From: Minisyncoccota bacterium
GTDB lineage: Bacteria > Patescibacteriota > Minisyncoccia > Phycocordibacterales > UBA2100
Assembly: GCA_043780835.1 (NCBI GenBank)
Contig: JAYWCB010000012.1
Span: 21,998 to 85,997 of the forward strand
Reading direction: 5' to 3'
DNA length: 64,000 nt
Shown here: in pieces, positions 55,168-63,953 of the stretch
Numbering within the stretch: position 1 is the first letter of the stretch
Layout: every line of letters begins with the position of its first letter
Position numbers and translations under genes: made by a program
Notes under the pieces: model-generated
Seen by the model: the letters and a program-made list of their open reading frames with translations, nothing else
Databases searched by the model: none
What the model was told of the DNA's origin: nothing

Positions 55168-56727
55168 CTACTTATTGAGCTCAGTGCGGGTATTCTTTGC
55201 AACGTACCCTGTAGAAGCAATGCCATGCTTCGTCTGATACTTTTTCACTGCCGCTTCCGTGCCTGCACCGAAGTAGCCAGTCGGTGCTGTGGTAAGAAAC
55301 CCAAGCGATGATAGTCGTTTCTGCAATTCCAATACGTCCGCATCGTCGTCGCCCACACCCATAAAGTGCTCGAACGTGTATGACGAGCCCGAGACCGTTG
55401 CGGTAGTTTGCGTTGAGGTAGTGATTGTTTGCGCATCGGCAAGAGAATTTAATTCAAGACGTGTGCCTGCGCCCACTGCCCCGAGTTGATCGAGTTTATG
55501 TGCAGCCTGGAAGCGCTTCACCGCTGCGACGGTCGAGGGTCCAAAAAATCCGTTCGGGTGGACTTTCAAATAACCAAGTTTTGTGAGCACTTTCTGCAGT
55601 TCCATGACTTCGTCATTTTCCATCCCCTGCTTGAGATACATCGAGAAGATATAGCTACTGCCGCTCGATGTTGTCATCACTGTTTTAGACGTTGATACAG
55701 ACTGCGACTGTAACAGTGAAAGCTGCTTTTGGAGATCGCCGAGCCCGGCACTTTTTGTATTTGTGGGTACGATGGTAGTCGCGGTGGTCGTGGGCGTTGC
55801 CAATACTACCCCGTTTGGCCCGAGCACGTTGATCGTCACAGACGTACTTGCAGTTTGCCCATACACCCCGACCTGCCCCATCAATGTAACGACGTGCGCA
55901 CCGGCATCCCCGGCGGCAGGAATCCAGGTGAGCAATCCTGATGTATTGATATTGCTGTTGTTCAATGTAGATCCGGTAAATTTGTCACGAACAGAAAAGC
56001 CGTTCGGCGAATAACCGGCAGGAGTAAGCGTAAAGGTAAGAACTTGTCCGGGAGAAACATTCAAATTCACATTTGACGGAACCGTGAGTGTAGGTCCTGC
56101 TCCCACGCGCACGAGCTGTGTGGCGGATGCATTATGACCGGATGCGTCCGTCGCATAAATCGTAATTGCATGTTCACCATTTTGTGTCGCATCCGGTGTC
56201 CAGGAGAAATTTCCCGATGAGTTGATCGAGGTATTGCCGACGGTGGAGCCGCTAAATGAATCGCTCGCCACAAACGTAGGATTTACGAAACCGGGAGCGG
56301 AAATGTTAAATGTAAATGGTGCACCCGGCATCATCGTTGTGCCGGGAGAAACTGATTGAATACTGATCGACGGCGGCGGTAATACGGTTATCGACTGCGT
56401 CGCCGTAGAAAGATTGCCGTCGCTATCAGTTACTTTGACGGTAATTGTGTGCGTTCCGATATCGGACACAATCGGTACCCATTGGAAATTCCCGCCGAAG
56501 TTTATATTCGTGGAATTAATGGTCGAGTTCGGAAACGTATCAGTGACACTGTAATACGGCGAATTGAAACCAGCGACGGCTACCGAAAAAGTAACGTTGG
56601 TTTTCGCAAGCGGTGAGACAGCCGATAGATTTTGGATGGTAGCGGTTGCGGCGGAGGCAAACGCAGTCGGAACGAATAATGCGGCGAGCGCAAGTGATCC
56701 CAGAAGAGACCGTTTGAGAATTGTCAT
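55168..56727 (-). CDS. Secreted protein: three Ig-like repeats plus two peptidoglycan-binding domains
   Basis: Repeats (DxF..ST....IN..G.F.W.P....G.H.IT); PG_binding_1 x2 (EVMELQKVL..GFFGPST..AVKRFQ). Confidence 0.85.
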   Translation of the reverse strand: MTILKRSLLGSLALAALFVPTAFASAATATIQNLSAVSPLAKTNVTFSVAVAGFNSPYYSVTDTFPNSTINSTNINFGGNFQWVPIVSDIGTHTITVKVTDSDGNLSTATQSITVLPPPSISIQSVSPGTTMMPGAPFTFNISAPGFVNPTFVASDSFSGSTVGNTSINSSGNFSWTPDATQNGEHAITIYATDASGHNASATQLVRVGAGPTLTVPSNVNLNVSPGQVLTFTLTPAGYSPNGFSVRDKFTGSTLNNSNINTSGLLTWIPAAGDAGAHVVTLMGQVGVYGQTASTSVTINVLGPNGVVLATPTTTATTIVPTNTKSAGLGDLQKQLSLLQSQSVSTSKTVMTTSSGSSYIFSMYLKQGMENDEVMELQKVLTKLGYLKVHPNGFFGPSTVAAVKRFQAAHKLDQLGAVGAGTRLELNSLADAQTITTSTQTTATVSGSSYTFEHFMGVGDDDADVLELQKRLSSLGFLTTAPTGYFGAGTEAAVKKYQTKHGIASTGYVAKNTRTELNK

Positions 56728-56856
56728 TGACGGATTATATATCTAAATCAGCGTACGTACATTCATTGTTGAGATTGAATCTTCATTCGGCACTGCGTCG
56801 AAATAATCCACACACCTCCGTGACTTGTTATAGCAGCACAAAGGCATATCCTTTGC

Positions 56857-57171
56857 ATGGGATACATGCAGCGGGAGAGTTCGATGATTTCTAAGAAACA
56901 GAAGGAACCGACCAGTAGCTATCCAAAGTGTAAGTGCGGATGCAACGTACAGACGACGTCGTTCACACCCGTCGTGGGGTATCCGCATTTCCCTGAACCG
57001 GGAGAGCATGTGGCAACAGATCACTGCGCAATGGAGCTGCGCGCACATCCAGGAAAATACAAAACACTGGTGAAGTGGAGAGATGAGGCGCTCAGCAGAA
57101 AAACGAAAAGGCCGCGAATCTTCGCGGCCTTTTGTCATGTATTACGGGATCACACGGCCCTGATGCTTTGA
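56857..57171 (+). CDS. Hypothetical protein with CxCGC motif
   Basis: YPKCKCGC..HC; ORF runs through a terminator-like hairpin, so boundaries are uncertain. Confidence 0.4.
   Translation: MGYMQRESSMISKKQKEPTSSYPKCKCGCNVQTTSFTPVVGYPHFPEPGEHVATDHCAMELRAHPGKYKTLVKWRDEALSRKTKRPRIFAAFCHVLRDHTALML
57106..57133. terminator. Bidirectional terminator-like hairpin
   Basis: AAAAGGCCGCGAA-tc-TTCGCGGCCTTTT. Confidence 0.7.
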
Positions 57172-57179
57172 AGCGGACT

Positions 57180-57371
57180 TTATATCAATCCATATGAATG
57201 CAGAATTGAGACAGAGGTGCCTGCCGAAGAACTTTGGCGCTGCATCTTCGCGTCTAATTGATTCGCGAGTGAGTCAATAATATTACGACCGAGTCCTTCT
57301 CGAATCACTTTCGCCGTAGCGACGATTTCAATGCCGTTGTCCGCAATAATCAAGGTCCAGTTACGGAACAT
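57180..57371 (-). pseudogene. Orphan C-terminal fragment of a histidine kinase ATPase domain
   Basis: WTLIIADNG....GLGRNIIDSLANQLDA......GTSVSI has only the G1/G2 boxes, typical of HWE/HisKA_2 kinases. Confidence 0.65.
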
Positions 57372-57407
57372 AATGTATAGTTTACGAAAATTCGTACTGC
57401 GTTTATT

Positions 57408-57803
57408 TTACATCGTTACGTTCGATGGCTGTACGAATTTTGCCGTAATGCGCCATAAATCGGCGAGTTCGAATGGTTTCGACAAATAATCATCCGCCCC
57501 TGCTTCTTTGGCAAGCTCATCGGCGTTGGGATAGGCCGTGAGGATGATAATCGGTATATGACCCGTGAGATCGCTTCCCTTCAATTCTTTGGACACGTCG
57601 CGCCCATCAATACCCACGAGAGATATATCCAAAAACATTAAATCCGGCGCAATCGCGTGTACCTCCTGTATACCCGGGTATGTTTCCGAAACCATCACCT
57701 CGTATCCTTTTAACTGGAGCGATTGTTTGAGTGCAAATAGTATTCCGACATTGTCATCGATAACGAGAATTTTGCGACCGTTCGTCGGTTCAGGCGTGAG
57801 CAT
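57408..57803 (-). CDS. Single-domain response regulator
   Basis: ILVIDDN, PDLMFLD, IPIIILTA, ADDYLSKPF; start MLTPEP overlapping the kinase stop. Confidence 0.92.
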   Translation of the reverse strand: MLTPEPTNGRKILVIDDNVGILFALKQSLQLKGYEVMVSETYPGIQEVHAIAPDLMFLDISLVGIDGRDVSKELKGSDLTGHIPIIILTAYPNADELAKEAGADDYLSKPFELADLWRITAKFVQPSNVTM

Positions 57804-60051
57804 GCAATTTCTGAACGTCTTTTTTAAGCGCAGGCAATTCAAAAAAGAACGTTGAACCGTTCGCACCTGAACTCTCAACCCAGATACGACCCTTGTGCTC
57901 TGCTACAATCGCAGCGGTTATATAGAGTCCGATACCGAGACCGGCAAAACTCTGCCCGCGAGTATTGTTGACCTGGAAAAATCGTTCAAATATCTTCTCC
58001 TGATGTGATTTCGCAATCCCGATACCGAAATCTCTCACGCCGATACGTACCGTGTCTTTATGACGTGATAACAGAATCGCAATCGTGTCAGCTTTCGGAG
58101 AGTATTTAATCGCATTGGTTATCAGATTGATAAACACCCGACTGATCGAATTACGATCCCCCCATATACGGGATGTGGTATCGCCCTCGATCGTAATGGT
58201 GTGGTGGGGCGAAAGAAGCTGACAGCTCTTTACGATCTCGTGTGCAAGAATATCAAAATCAAAGTCCGATGCGTCGATTTCAAATTTGTCTGCTTTAATT
58301 TTTGAAACGTCGAGGAGGTCTATCACGAGCTTTGTGAGCTGCTCGATTTGCAGACCAATTGTGGTTAGGTACTCGTTGAGTGTCGTGTCCGCGCTCCGTG
58401 TGTAGCGCACCTGCAGAATTTGTAGCAGCATTTTAATGGTTGTGACGGGAGTTTTCAGTTCATGACTCGCCATACTGATGAAACTGTCATTTCGCTGCTG
58501 CAGTGCTCGCTGTTCGGTAATGTCTTGAATCGCAAGCAGAATCAGCTCTTCGCCTTTTTCGCTCTGAATCAGTCGATGTCCGTTGAGCAACATCGTCTTT
58601 GCCCCGATGACGGGTAGATCGCACGAGATTTCCAAATCACTGAATCCGACACGCTCAGAGAGAATCTTGTTGAGCGCTTCGCGGAGTGCCGGCGTATCCC
58701 AACAACGATTGTTCAGTTCGTACACAAGTGTTTCTTCTGTCTCGTGTGAGGTCACAGAAAACACGCGATAAAACGCTTCATTCGCACTCTTTACTCGAAG
58801 ATCCTTGTGCAGCACAAGCAATGGCTCTCGCATAGTGCCCAAAATACCCTCCGCATACGAAATGCTTTGTTCGCGTTCGCGGTTTTCTAACACGCGCTTC
58901 TCTTTCTCTTTATTCTGAAAGGCGAGTTCGATATCAGCAATGGCAAGTTCGGCGGCGCGCTTTTCTTTCTCGCCTGTTTGATAAAACAACTCTTTGTTTG
59001 CAATAAAGAGCTCGGCAGCACGCTTTTCTTTCTCGTCGTTTTGATACGCGAGTTCCACGTTGGCGATACTGAGCTCAGCTGCGCGCTTCTCTTTTTCTTT
59101 GTTTTGAAATGCCAATTCTTTATTGGCCAGCAAAAGCTCTGCTGCTCGCTTGCCTCGTTCGGCATTTTGGAAAGCGAGTTCCTTGTTCGCAATCACGAGC
59201 TCTTCGGCACGCATCGTATTGACGGTGTTCTGAAATGCAAGTTCACGGTTCGCCTCGGTCAATTCTTCCGCTCGTTTTTCCTTTTCATCGTTTTGATACG
59301 CGAGTTCGATATTGGCGATACTAAGCTCGGCCGCTCGTTTTTCCTTCTCATTATTTTGAAATGCCAGTTCCCCATTTGCGGCGCTCAGTTCCGCTGCGCG
59401 CTTCTCTTTTTCCGCATTTTGGAAAGAAAGCTCCTTGTTGGCAATAATAAGTTCTGCGGCGCGCTTTTCGCGCTGATCATCCTGGTATGCAAGTTCGATG
59501 TCGGCAATACCCAATTCTTCAGCACGCTTACCTTTTTCTTCTTTTTGAAACGACAGTTCAGTATTTGCAACAAATAAGGTGTCGGTGAGCGCCTCTTTCT
59601 CTTTTTTTGAAATCGCAAACTCTGCTTGTACGAGTATATATTCTTCTGCCCGCTTTCGCTTTTCGTCTACTTGAAAAAGCAGTTCGTCGTTTGCTATGAC
59701 GAGCTCAGCGACTTTCTGTTCTTTGATGAGATTCTGGAACGCACGTTCAACATCTGCAATTTCAAGCTCTGCTGCCCGTTTACTCTTTTCGTCGCTTTGA
59801 AACACGAGCTCGATGTCCGCTATCGCCAATTCATCGGCGCGCTTTTGCTTTTCCTCGCTTTGAAACACGCGTTCCTTATCAGCGATTTTGAATTCTTCGG
59901 CTCGCTTCGCCTTCTCTACGTATTGCACCGCAAGCTCTTTTTTTACCGTAACAAGCGTTCGTATGAGGTCCTGTATTTCATTTTTTTGTACCGCGAGGTC
60001 CTTTTGAGCAGTGATGAGCGCGTCGTGATCTGAAATTATTGTTTTTTTCAT
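57790..60051 (-). CDS. Soluble sensor histidine kinase: 21-aa repeat coiled coil + PAS + HisKA + HATPase
   Basis: MREPLLVL..DLRVKSAN (PAS), ASHELKTPVT, NLITNAIKYS, DFGIG, GLGIGL; start MKKTII. Confidence 0.92.
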   Translation of the reverse strand: MKKTIISDHDALITAQKDLAVQKNEIQDLIRTLVTVKKELAVQYVEKAKRAEEFKIADKERVFQSEEKQKRADELAIADIELVFQSDEKSKRAAELEIADVERAFQNLIKEQKVAELVIANDELLFQVDEKRKRAEEYILVQAEFAISKKEKEALTDTLFVANTELSFQKEEKGKRAEELGIADIELAYQDDQREKRAAELIIANKELSFQNAEKEKRAAELSAANGELAFQNNEKEKRAAELSIANIELAYQNDEKEKRAEELTEANRELAFQNTVNTMRAEELVIANKELAFQNAERGKRAAELLLANKELAFQNKEKEKRAAELSIANVELAYQNDEKEKRAAELFIANKELFYQTGEKEKRAAELAIADIELAFQNKEKEKRVLENREREQSISYAEGILGTMREPLLVLHKDLRVKSANEAFYRVFSVTSHETEETLVYELNNRCWDTPALREALNKILSERVGFSDLEISCDLPVIGAKTMLLNGHRLIQSEKGEELILLAIQDITEQRALQQRNDSFISMASHELKTPVTTIKMLLQILQVRYTRSADTTLNEYLTTIGLQIEQLTKLVIDLLDVSKIKADKFEIDASDFDFDILAHEIVKSCQLLSPHHTITIEGDTTSRIWGDRNSISRVFINLITNAIKYSPKADTIAILLSRHKDTVRIGVRDFGIGIAKSHQEKIFERFFQVNNTRGQSFAGLGIGLYITAAIVAEHKGRIWVESSGANGSTFFFELPALKKDVQKLHAHA
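58888..60021 (-). repeat. 18 tandem 63-bp (21-aa) coding repeats, consensus ELxIANxELAFQNxEKEKRAA
   Basis: Counted from the translation; 1134 nt = 18 x 63. Confidence 0.9.
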
Positions 60052-60142
60052 TTGTTCACCAGCACTCCGCTCGATCAGAGTTTTCAAACTATACAACGGA
60101 TTGCATGAAGACTCGGTGAGTATAGCCAAAAATCACTTGAGA

Positions 60143-60757
60143 TTACTCGTTCGGACCAAAGGTGTAGGACACTGGAATAACCGCGGGAGTACCGGATGCT
60201 GCCCCGAAGACAACGGCGATTTCCTGATGCGATTGTAATGGAAGCGTGCGCGGATCCCCACTGAAGAGGACTCCATTTGAATACACCTTGATCGTCTTAT
60301 TGCCCGAAGCACAGTAGCTCCCGATACATTGCGACGTAAAGCGAACACCCCAAATATCATATATCTGCCCGAGGGTAAACGTTTGTACTTTCGACGCTTC
60401 TATGTGAATGACACCTCGTCCATCATGCGTATGGATATCAGAAATAAATTGTGCGCCTTGGTTAATACCGATATTTGCCGGTACCGCTACGGGCGCGCCA
60501 TCTATAAAAATATCCAGGTGTTGATGGATATGCATTGCGGTGCCTTCGGCAGAGAGTGCGGGCAATCCCAGTGCTTTTAATCGCTGTGCCAAATGCGCAG
60601 ACTCCGACGCCCAGGGCGCTTCACTTACTTGTATACCGGGAAGTGCGCTTGGATCCGATATCAGCGTTGCTGTTTTTGAAGGGAAAATACGGTTCCACGA
60701 AAAAAGCACGCCGAGCAAAACGACGAACCCGATTATATACAGTGTCGTTGATTTCAT
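60143..60757 (-). CDS. Membrane-anchored His-motif protein
   Basis: N-terminal TM, MHIHQHLDIFIDG..VPANIGI, IHTHD..GVIHIE, FTLGQ..DIWG. Confidence 0.8.
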   Translation of the reverse strand: MKSTTLYIIGFVVLLGVLFSWNRIFPSKTATLISDPSALPGIQVSEAPWASESAHLAQRLKALGLPALSAEGTAMHIHQHLDIFIDGAPVAVPANIGINQGAQFISDIHTHDGRGVIHIEASKVQTFTLGQIYDIWGVRFTSQCIGSYCASGNKTIKVYSNGVLFSGDPRTLPLQSHQEIAVVFGAASGTPAVIPVSYTFGPNE

Positions 60758-60839
60758 ATGACCCGCGAACCGTTTATTTTCCTATTCCCCCTAACGCAAG
60801 ACCAATAGCGCCGCCAGTGCGAATGTGTCTTACGCCTTC

Positions 60840-60929
60840 TTAATTCTTATAGGGGCGATTTTTATCTTTCTTCTCCTTATCCTTTTTCGACTTCTTCACC
60901 TCTTTTTTCTTATCCATTCCTTTTGACAT
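60840..60929 (-). CDS. 29-aa Lys-rich microprotein (not in ORF track)
   Basis: MSKGMDKKKEVKKSKKDKEKKDKNRPYKN*. Confidence 0.5.
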   Translation of the reverse strand: MSKGMDKKKEVKKSKKDKEKKDKNRPYKN

Positions 60930-60978
60930 ATGCCGTTAGTTTAGCATGTGCTGTTGCGGAATCGAGCCCTGGCGCTGC

Positions 60979-61305
60979 TTAGCGCTTTTCAACGATAATA
61001 GTGCATTTGGCAACGAGCGCTGCAATAGCACCTGCAGCTGCGAGCACCGGCGCGATGATAAAGCCAACGGCGCCGACGGCAAGGGGAAATTCGATAAGCG
61101 TACTTCCTGCTTCGTTTTTCACGATGACTCTGTGCGCCTTACCTTCCTCGATAATTTTTTTAAGCGTTTTGACGACGTCTTCGCCCGAGACTTTAAATTC
61201 CTCGCGAGATATATTCTCGCTCGTATGTTCGTTTGTCTGTTCGTGTGGGTTTTCAGTCGAATTCTCATGCGTCTGTTCTGATGTATTTTCTGTGGTGTGT
61301 TCCAT
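60979..61305 (-). CDS. DUF4342 family protein
   Basis: EEFKVSGEDVV..LKKII.EG..HRVIVK..G.TLIEFPL.VG..APVLAA.GAIAAL..CTI.VE. Confidence 0.88.
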   Translation of the reverse strand: MEHTTENTSEQTHENSTENPHEQTNEHTSENISREEFKVSGEDVVKTLKKIIEEGKAHRVIVKNEAGSTLIEFPLAVGAVGFIIAPVLAAAGAIAALVAKCTIIVEKR

Positions 61306-61403
61306 AGAGAGACTGTATCAGCGCATGATGAAGCGCCGATGTAGTGAGTAGGCGAAGCACAAAAATATGCGGCTTCATTGACACTCCATGGGCTCCGATA
61401 TAT

Positions 61404-61425
61404 TATTCAACTATATGGTTGAATA
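61404..61425. promoter_or_regulatory. Palindromic operator of the ArsR-SRPBCC pair
   Basis: TATTCAAC-tatatg-GTTGAATA overlapping the MVEY start codon. Confidence 0.8.
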
Positions 61426-61744
61426 TATGTCGAAATTAGATGATGTGTTCCATTCTCTTTCTGACAGCACCCGTCGCGATATTTTACATCGTCTCGCGCC
61501 TGGAGAGCAAACAGTCGGAGCATTGGCCTCACACTACAATCTAACCTTCGCAGCCGTATCCAAACATCTCCAAGTGCTCGAGCGTGCGAAGTTGGTCCAA
61601 AAGCGCCGCGATGGTCGAGAGCAGCGCGTTACGCTCTCCCCTCACGGGTTGAGGAATGCAGACAAGTACTTGGAGCAGTACCGGAAGTTATGGGAAGAGA
61701 AATTGGACCGATTAGGAGAATACTTAAAAAAGAACAAAAAATAA
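61415..61744 (+). CDS. ArsR/SmtB family transcriptional regulator
   Basis: LDDVFHSLSDSTRRDIL, AVSKHLQVLERA.LV...DGR, W..KLDRL. Confidence 0.93.
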   Translation: MVEYMSKLDDVFHSLSDSTRRDILHRLAPGEQTVGALASHYNLTFAAVSKHLQVLERAKLVQKRRDGREQRVTLSPHGLRNADKYLEQYRKLWEEKLDRLGEYLKKNKK

Positions 61745-61745
61745 T

Positions 61746-62216
61746 ATGATCAAAGAAGTAACCATCGAACGAATATACGACGCATCGCCCGAGCGAGTCT
61801 GGCAGGCGTGGACAACTCCGTCAGAACTAATGCAGTGGTGGGGCCCGGACAACGTGTCAATCCCGGAATGCGACGTTGATTTAAAAGTAGGCGGAAAATT
61901 TCACATTGTAATGCTGGCCGGTGAAGCGATGGGTCCATACAAAGGAACAAAGTGGCCGATGCTTGCAGAATTTACGACCGTGGAGCCTCATTCGAAACTC
62001 TCCTATACTGCACAGGCGTGGACTGAAGGCATGAAAGAAGAAACAACGATCGATCAGACGACAGAGATTACCCTGAGCGAAGAAGGCGGCAAAACGAAAG
62101 TGATCGTGCACGCGACCATATTCAAGACAGGACCGAAAGCCGGAATGGCTGCAGAAGGCATGCAGGCAGGCTTTACGCAGCAGCTTGAGAAATTACACAC
62201 GTACCTTGCCGCATAA
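61746..62216 (+). CDS. SRPBCC/AHSA1 domain protein
   Basis: IERIYDASPERVWQAWT....QWWGP, DLKVGG, GM.AGF...LEKL. Confidence 0.92.
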   Translation: MIKEVTIERIYDASPERVWQAWTTPSELMQWWGPDNVSIPECDVDLKVGGKFHIVMLAGEAMGPYKGTKWPMLAEFTTVEPHSKLSYTAQAWTEGMKEETTIDQTTEITLSEEGGKTKVIVHATIFKTGPKAGMAAEGMQAGFTQQLEKLHTYLAA

Positions 62217-62226
62217 AGATTCAAAT

Positions 62227-62258
62227 AAAAAACCGCCACAATAGCGTGGCGGTTTTTT
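62227..62258. terminator. Bidirectional terminator
   Basis: AAAAAACCGCCAC-aatagc-GTGGCGGTTTTTT. Confidence 0.8.
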
Positions 62259-62274
62259 GTTTCGGAGATAAAAT

Positions 62275-62697
62275 CTATTGAGCCATCATAACGATGACAA
62301 ACGCCAGCGATTCCAAACATGCGAGCGAGCCGAATGCCATGATCAGAATTTTCTTGACGACCCACTGCGGGGGTGTCCCTCCAAAAAGTACGGCACTTAC
62401 CTGCGTCGGGACTACAAATCCGAGCCAGTAGAAAGCGGCGAGACCGTATCGATTCCAGTCCTTCGGTATTCCGTTCAACAAAAGTACGAAAACAAATGAT
62501 GTGACGATCGTTACAAGGAACTGCACCAGAAGCAGCTTCCACATGCCCTTCATCATTTTTGCCTGCACCTCGGGACTGTGTTCCTCAAAGCCGTGCATAC
62601 GCCCCCAGATCTTGCCGAAGATCGGCCCATACCAAACCGCACCGATAATAAACTGCACCACAGTTGCCACCAATATGGCGATGTAATTTATGTTCAT
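62275..62697 (-). CDS. DUF1761 family membrane protein
   Basis: INYIAILVA...FIIGAVWYGPIFGK.W, WLGFVVP. Confidence 0.88.
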   Translation of the reverse strand: MNINYIAILVATVVQFIIGAVWYGPIFGKIWGRMHGFEEHSPEVQAKMMKGMWKLLLVQFLVTIVTSFVFVLLLNGIPKDWNRYGLAAFYWLGFVVPTQVSAVLFGGTPPQWVVKKILIMAFGSLACLESLAFVIVMMAQ

Positions 62698-62756
62698 ATG
62701 CACAAGCATACACCCGGCTTTTCCTTTTCACATGTGCCCTGCAACACTGGCTTTTT

Positions 62757-63062
62757 TTATGTACGTTTCGAGCGGCTCGCAAGAATTCCCGTTATAGAAG
62801 GACTGATTGTTTTATCGGTTCTGTGAATACAGCCTATCCAGCAGCACGGGCGACGTTTACCCTGTGTGAGCTCAACGATCAGACGCTTGATGTGTTCGTT
62901 GCGTGTTTCCTCTTTCTTTACTGAGATCGTCCAACATATCCACTCATTGCGAGCGAGCGGTGTAAGACTCTCCCATTTTGTAAGGGCCGCTTCGTCGGAG
63001 TTGAGTGCTTTTCTCATATCTGCCGGCACTGTATGCACGACGCCGGTTGCTACCGCTCTCAT
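62757..63062 (-). CDS. YdeI/OmpD-associated family protein
   Basis: VPADMRKAL, LTPLARNEWICW..S.KK.ETR, GKRRPCCW.GC.HR. Confidence 0.88.
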   Translation of the reverse strand: MRAVATGVVHTVPADMRKALNSDEAALTKWESLTPLARNEWICWTISVKKEETRNEHIKRLIVELTQGKRRPCCWIGCIHRTDKTISPSITGILASRSKRT

Positions 63063-63066
63063 CTGC

Positions 63067-63561
63067 CTATGATATCAAATCCGACTCGTCCGACGGAAGA
63101 GCTATATAGCGAGGCACCATTCCACGCTCGAAGTAACGCTCCTGTAATTCCGGAGGCAAGGTATCGAAACTTTTTACCGTGCCGCGACATACCGAACTTC
63201 CGCATGAGCATTGCATCTGCCATATATCGTCTTCGGCAATAATCGTCGAGTAATCGATCAAAGCCTCTTCGCCTTTTGCTATCATCTCCGCCGCGACGAC
63301 GAACAGCCGCCCTCCCGTTTTCACGACCATCGCATTGGGCTCGCACGAATGGTTTTGGTAATCGCCGATCGTACCTTCGGGACTAATGTAGAGCTCTTCG
63401 CTGTACCGAAACGCATTACTGCACGTTTTCTCGTCTACGTCGTCATTGGCACCCCCTGAGATAAATCGCCCAGTTACTTCGAACAGATTTTCATCTTTGG
63501 CAAAGTCACGCAGTGCAACAACACCGTGTCCGTTTCGTGTTTCTGCGACAATCAAATCCAT
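63067..63561 (-). CDS. SET domain protein with post-SET zinc motif
   Basis: GHGVVA, NHSCEPN, GEE..IDY, CSCGS..CRG. Confidence 0.92.
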   Translation of the reverse strand: MDLIVAETRNGHGVVALRDFAKDENLFEVTGRFISGGANDDVDEKTCSNAFRYSEELYISPEGTIGDYQNHSCEPNAMVVKTGGRLFVVAAEMIAKGEEALIDYSTIIAEDDIWQMQCSCGSSVCRGTVKSFDTLPPELQERYFERGMVPRYIALPSDESDLIS

Positions 63562-63599
63562 ACGAGTTCAACACCGTATACGCTGGTATAATTTTTGCA

Positions 63600-63953
63600 C
63601 TACAGTGCCTTGCCGTCGTACGGCGTTCGCTGCAGCTCGTCAATATTCACCGCATCGAGCGTTCGTACATTAATCGCATAGCTTGGCGTTCCACTCTCGT
63701 CGTTTGCGGTACCAAAAACTTCGGTCCCGCACACTTTGCAGAAGAAATGCGCGATCTTCTCCGTGTGAAAGCGATATTCAGTAAGCGATTCCTCGCCGGA
63801 AACGATGGTCATCTGGTTTTCTGGAACAAATGAAAGCAAAAGTCCTTTACCGGCACAAATCGAGCAATTGCACTCGAGAACAGGCTTCGTCATGTCAATT
63901 TCTGCTTCATAGCGCACCTTGCCGCAATGGCAGCCACCTTTTTTCTTTTCCAT
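63600..63953 (-). CDS. GFA/CENP-V family zinc protein
   Basis: GGCHCGKVRY, CNCSIC, HFFCKVCG, AINVRTL. Confidence 0.93.
   Translation of the reverse strand: MEKKKGGCHCGKVRYEAEIDMTKPVLECNCSICAGKGLLLSFVPENQMTIVSGEESLTEYRFHTEKIAHFFCKVCGTEVFGTANDESGTPSYAINVRTLDAVNIDELQRTPYDGKAL

Noticed and set aside
58888-60021. CRISPR-like periodicity
   Set aside because: The units are degenerate in-frame 63-bp coding repeats with no unique spacers, and no cas genes are present
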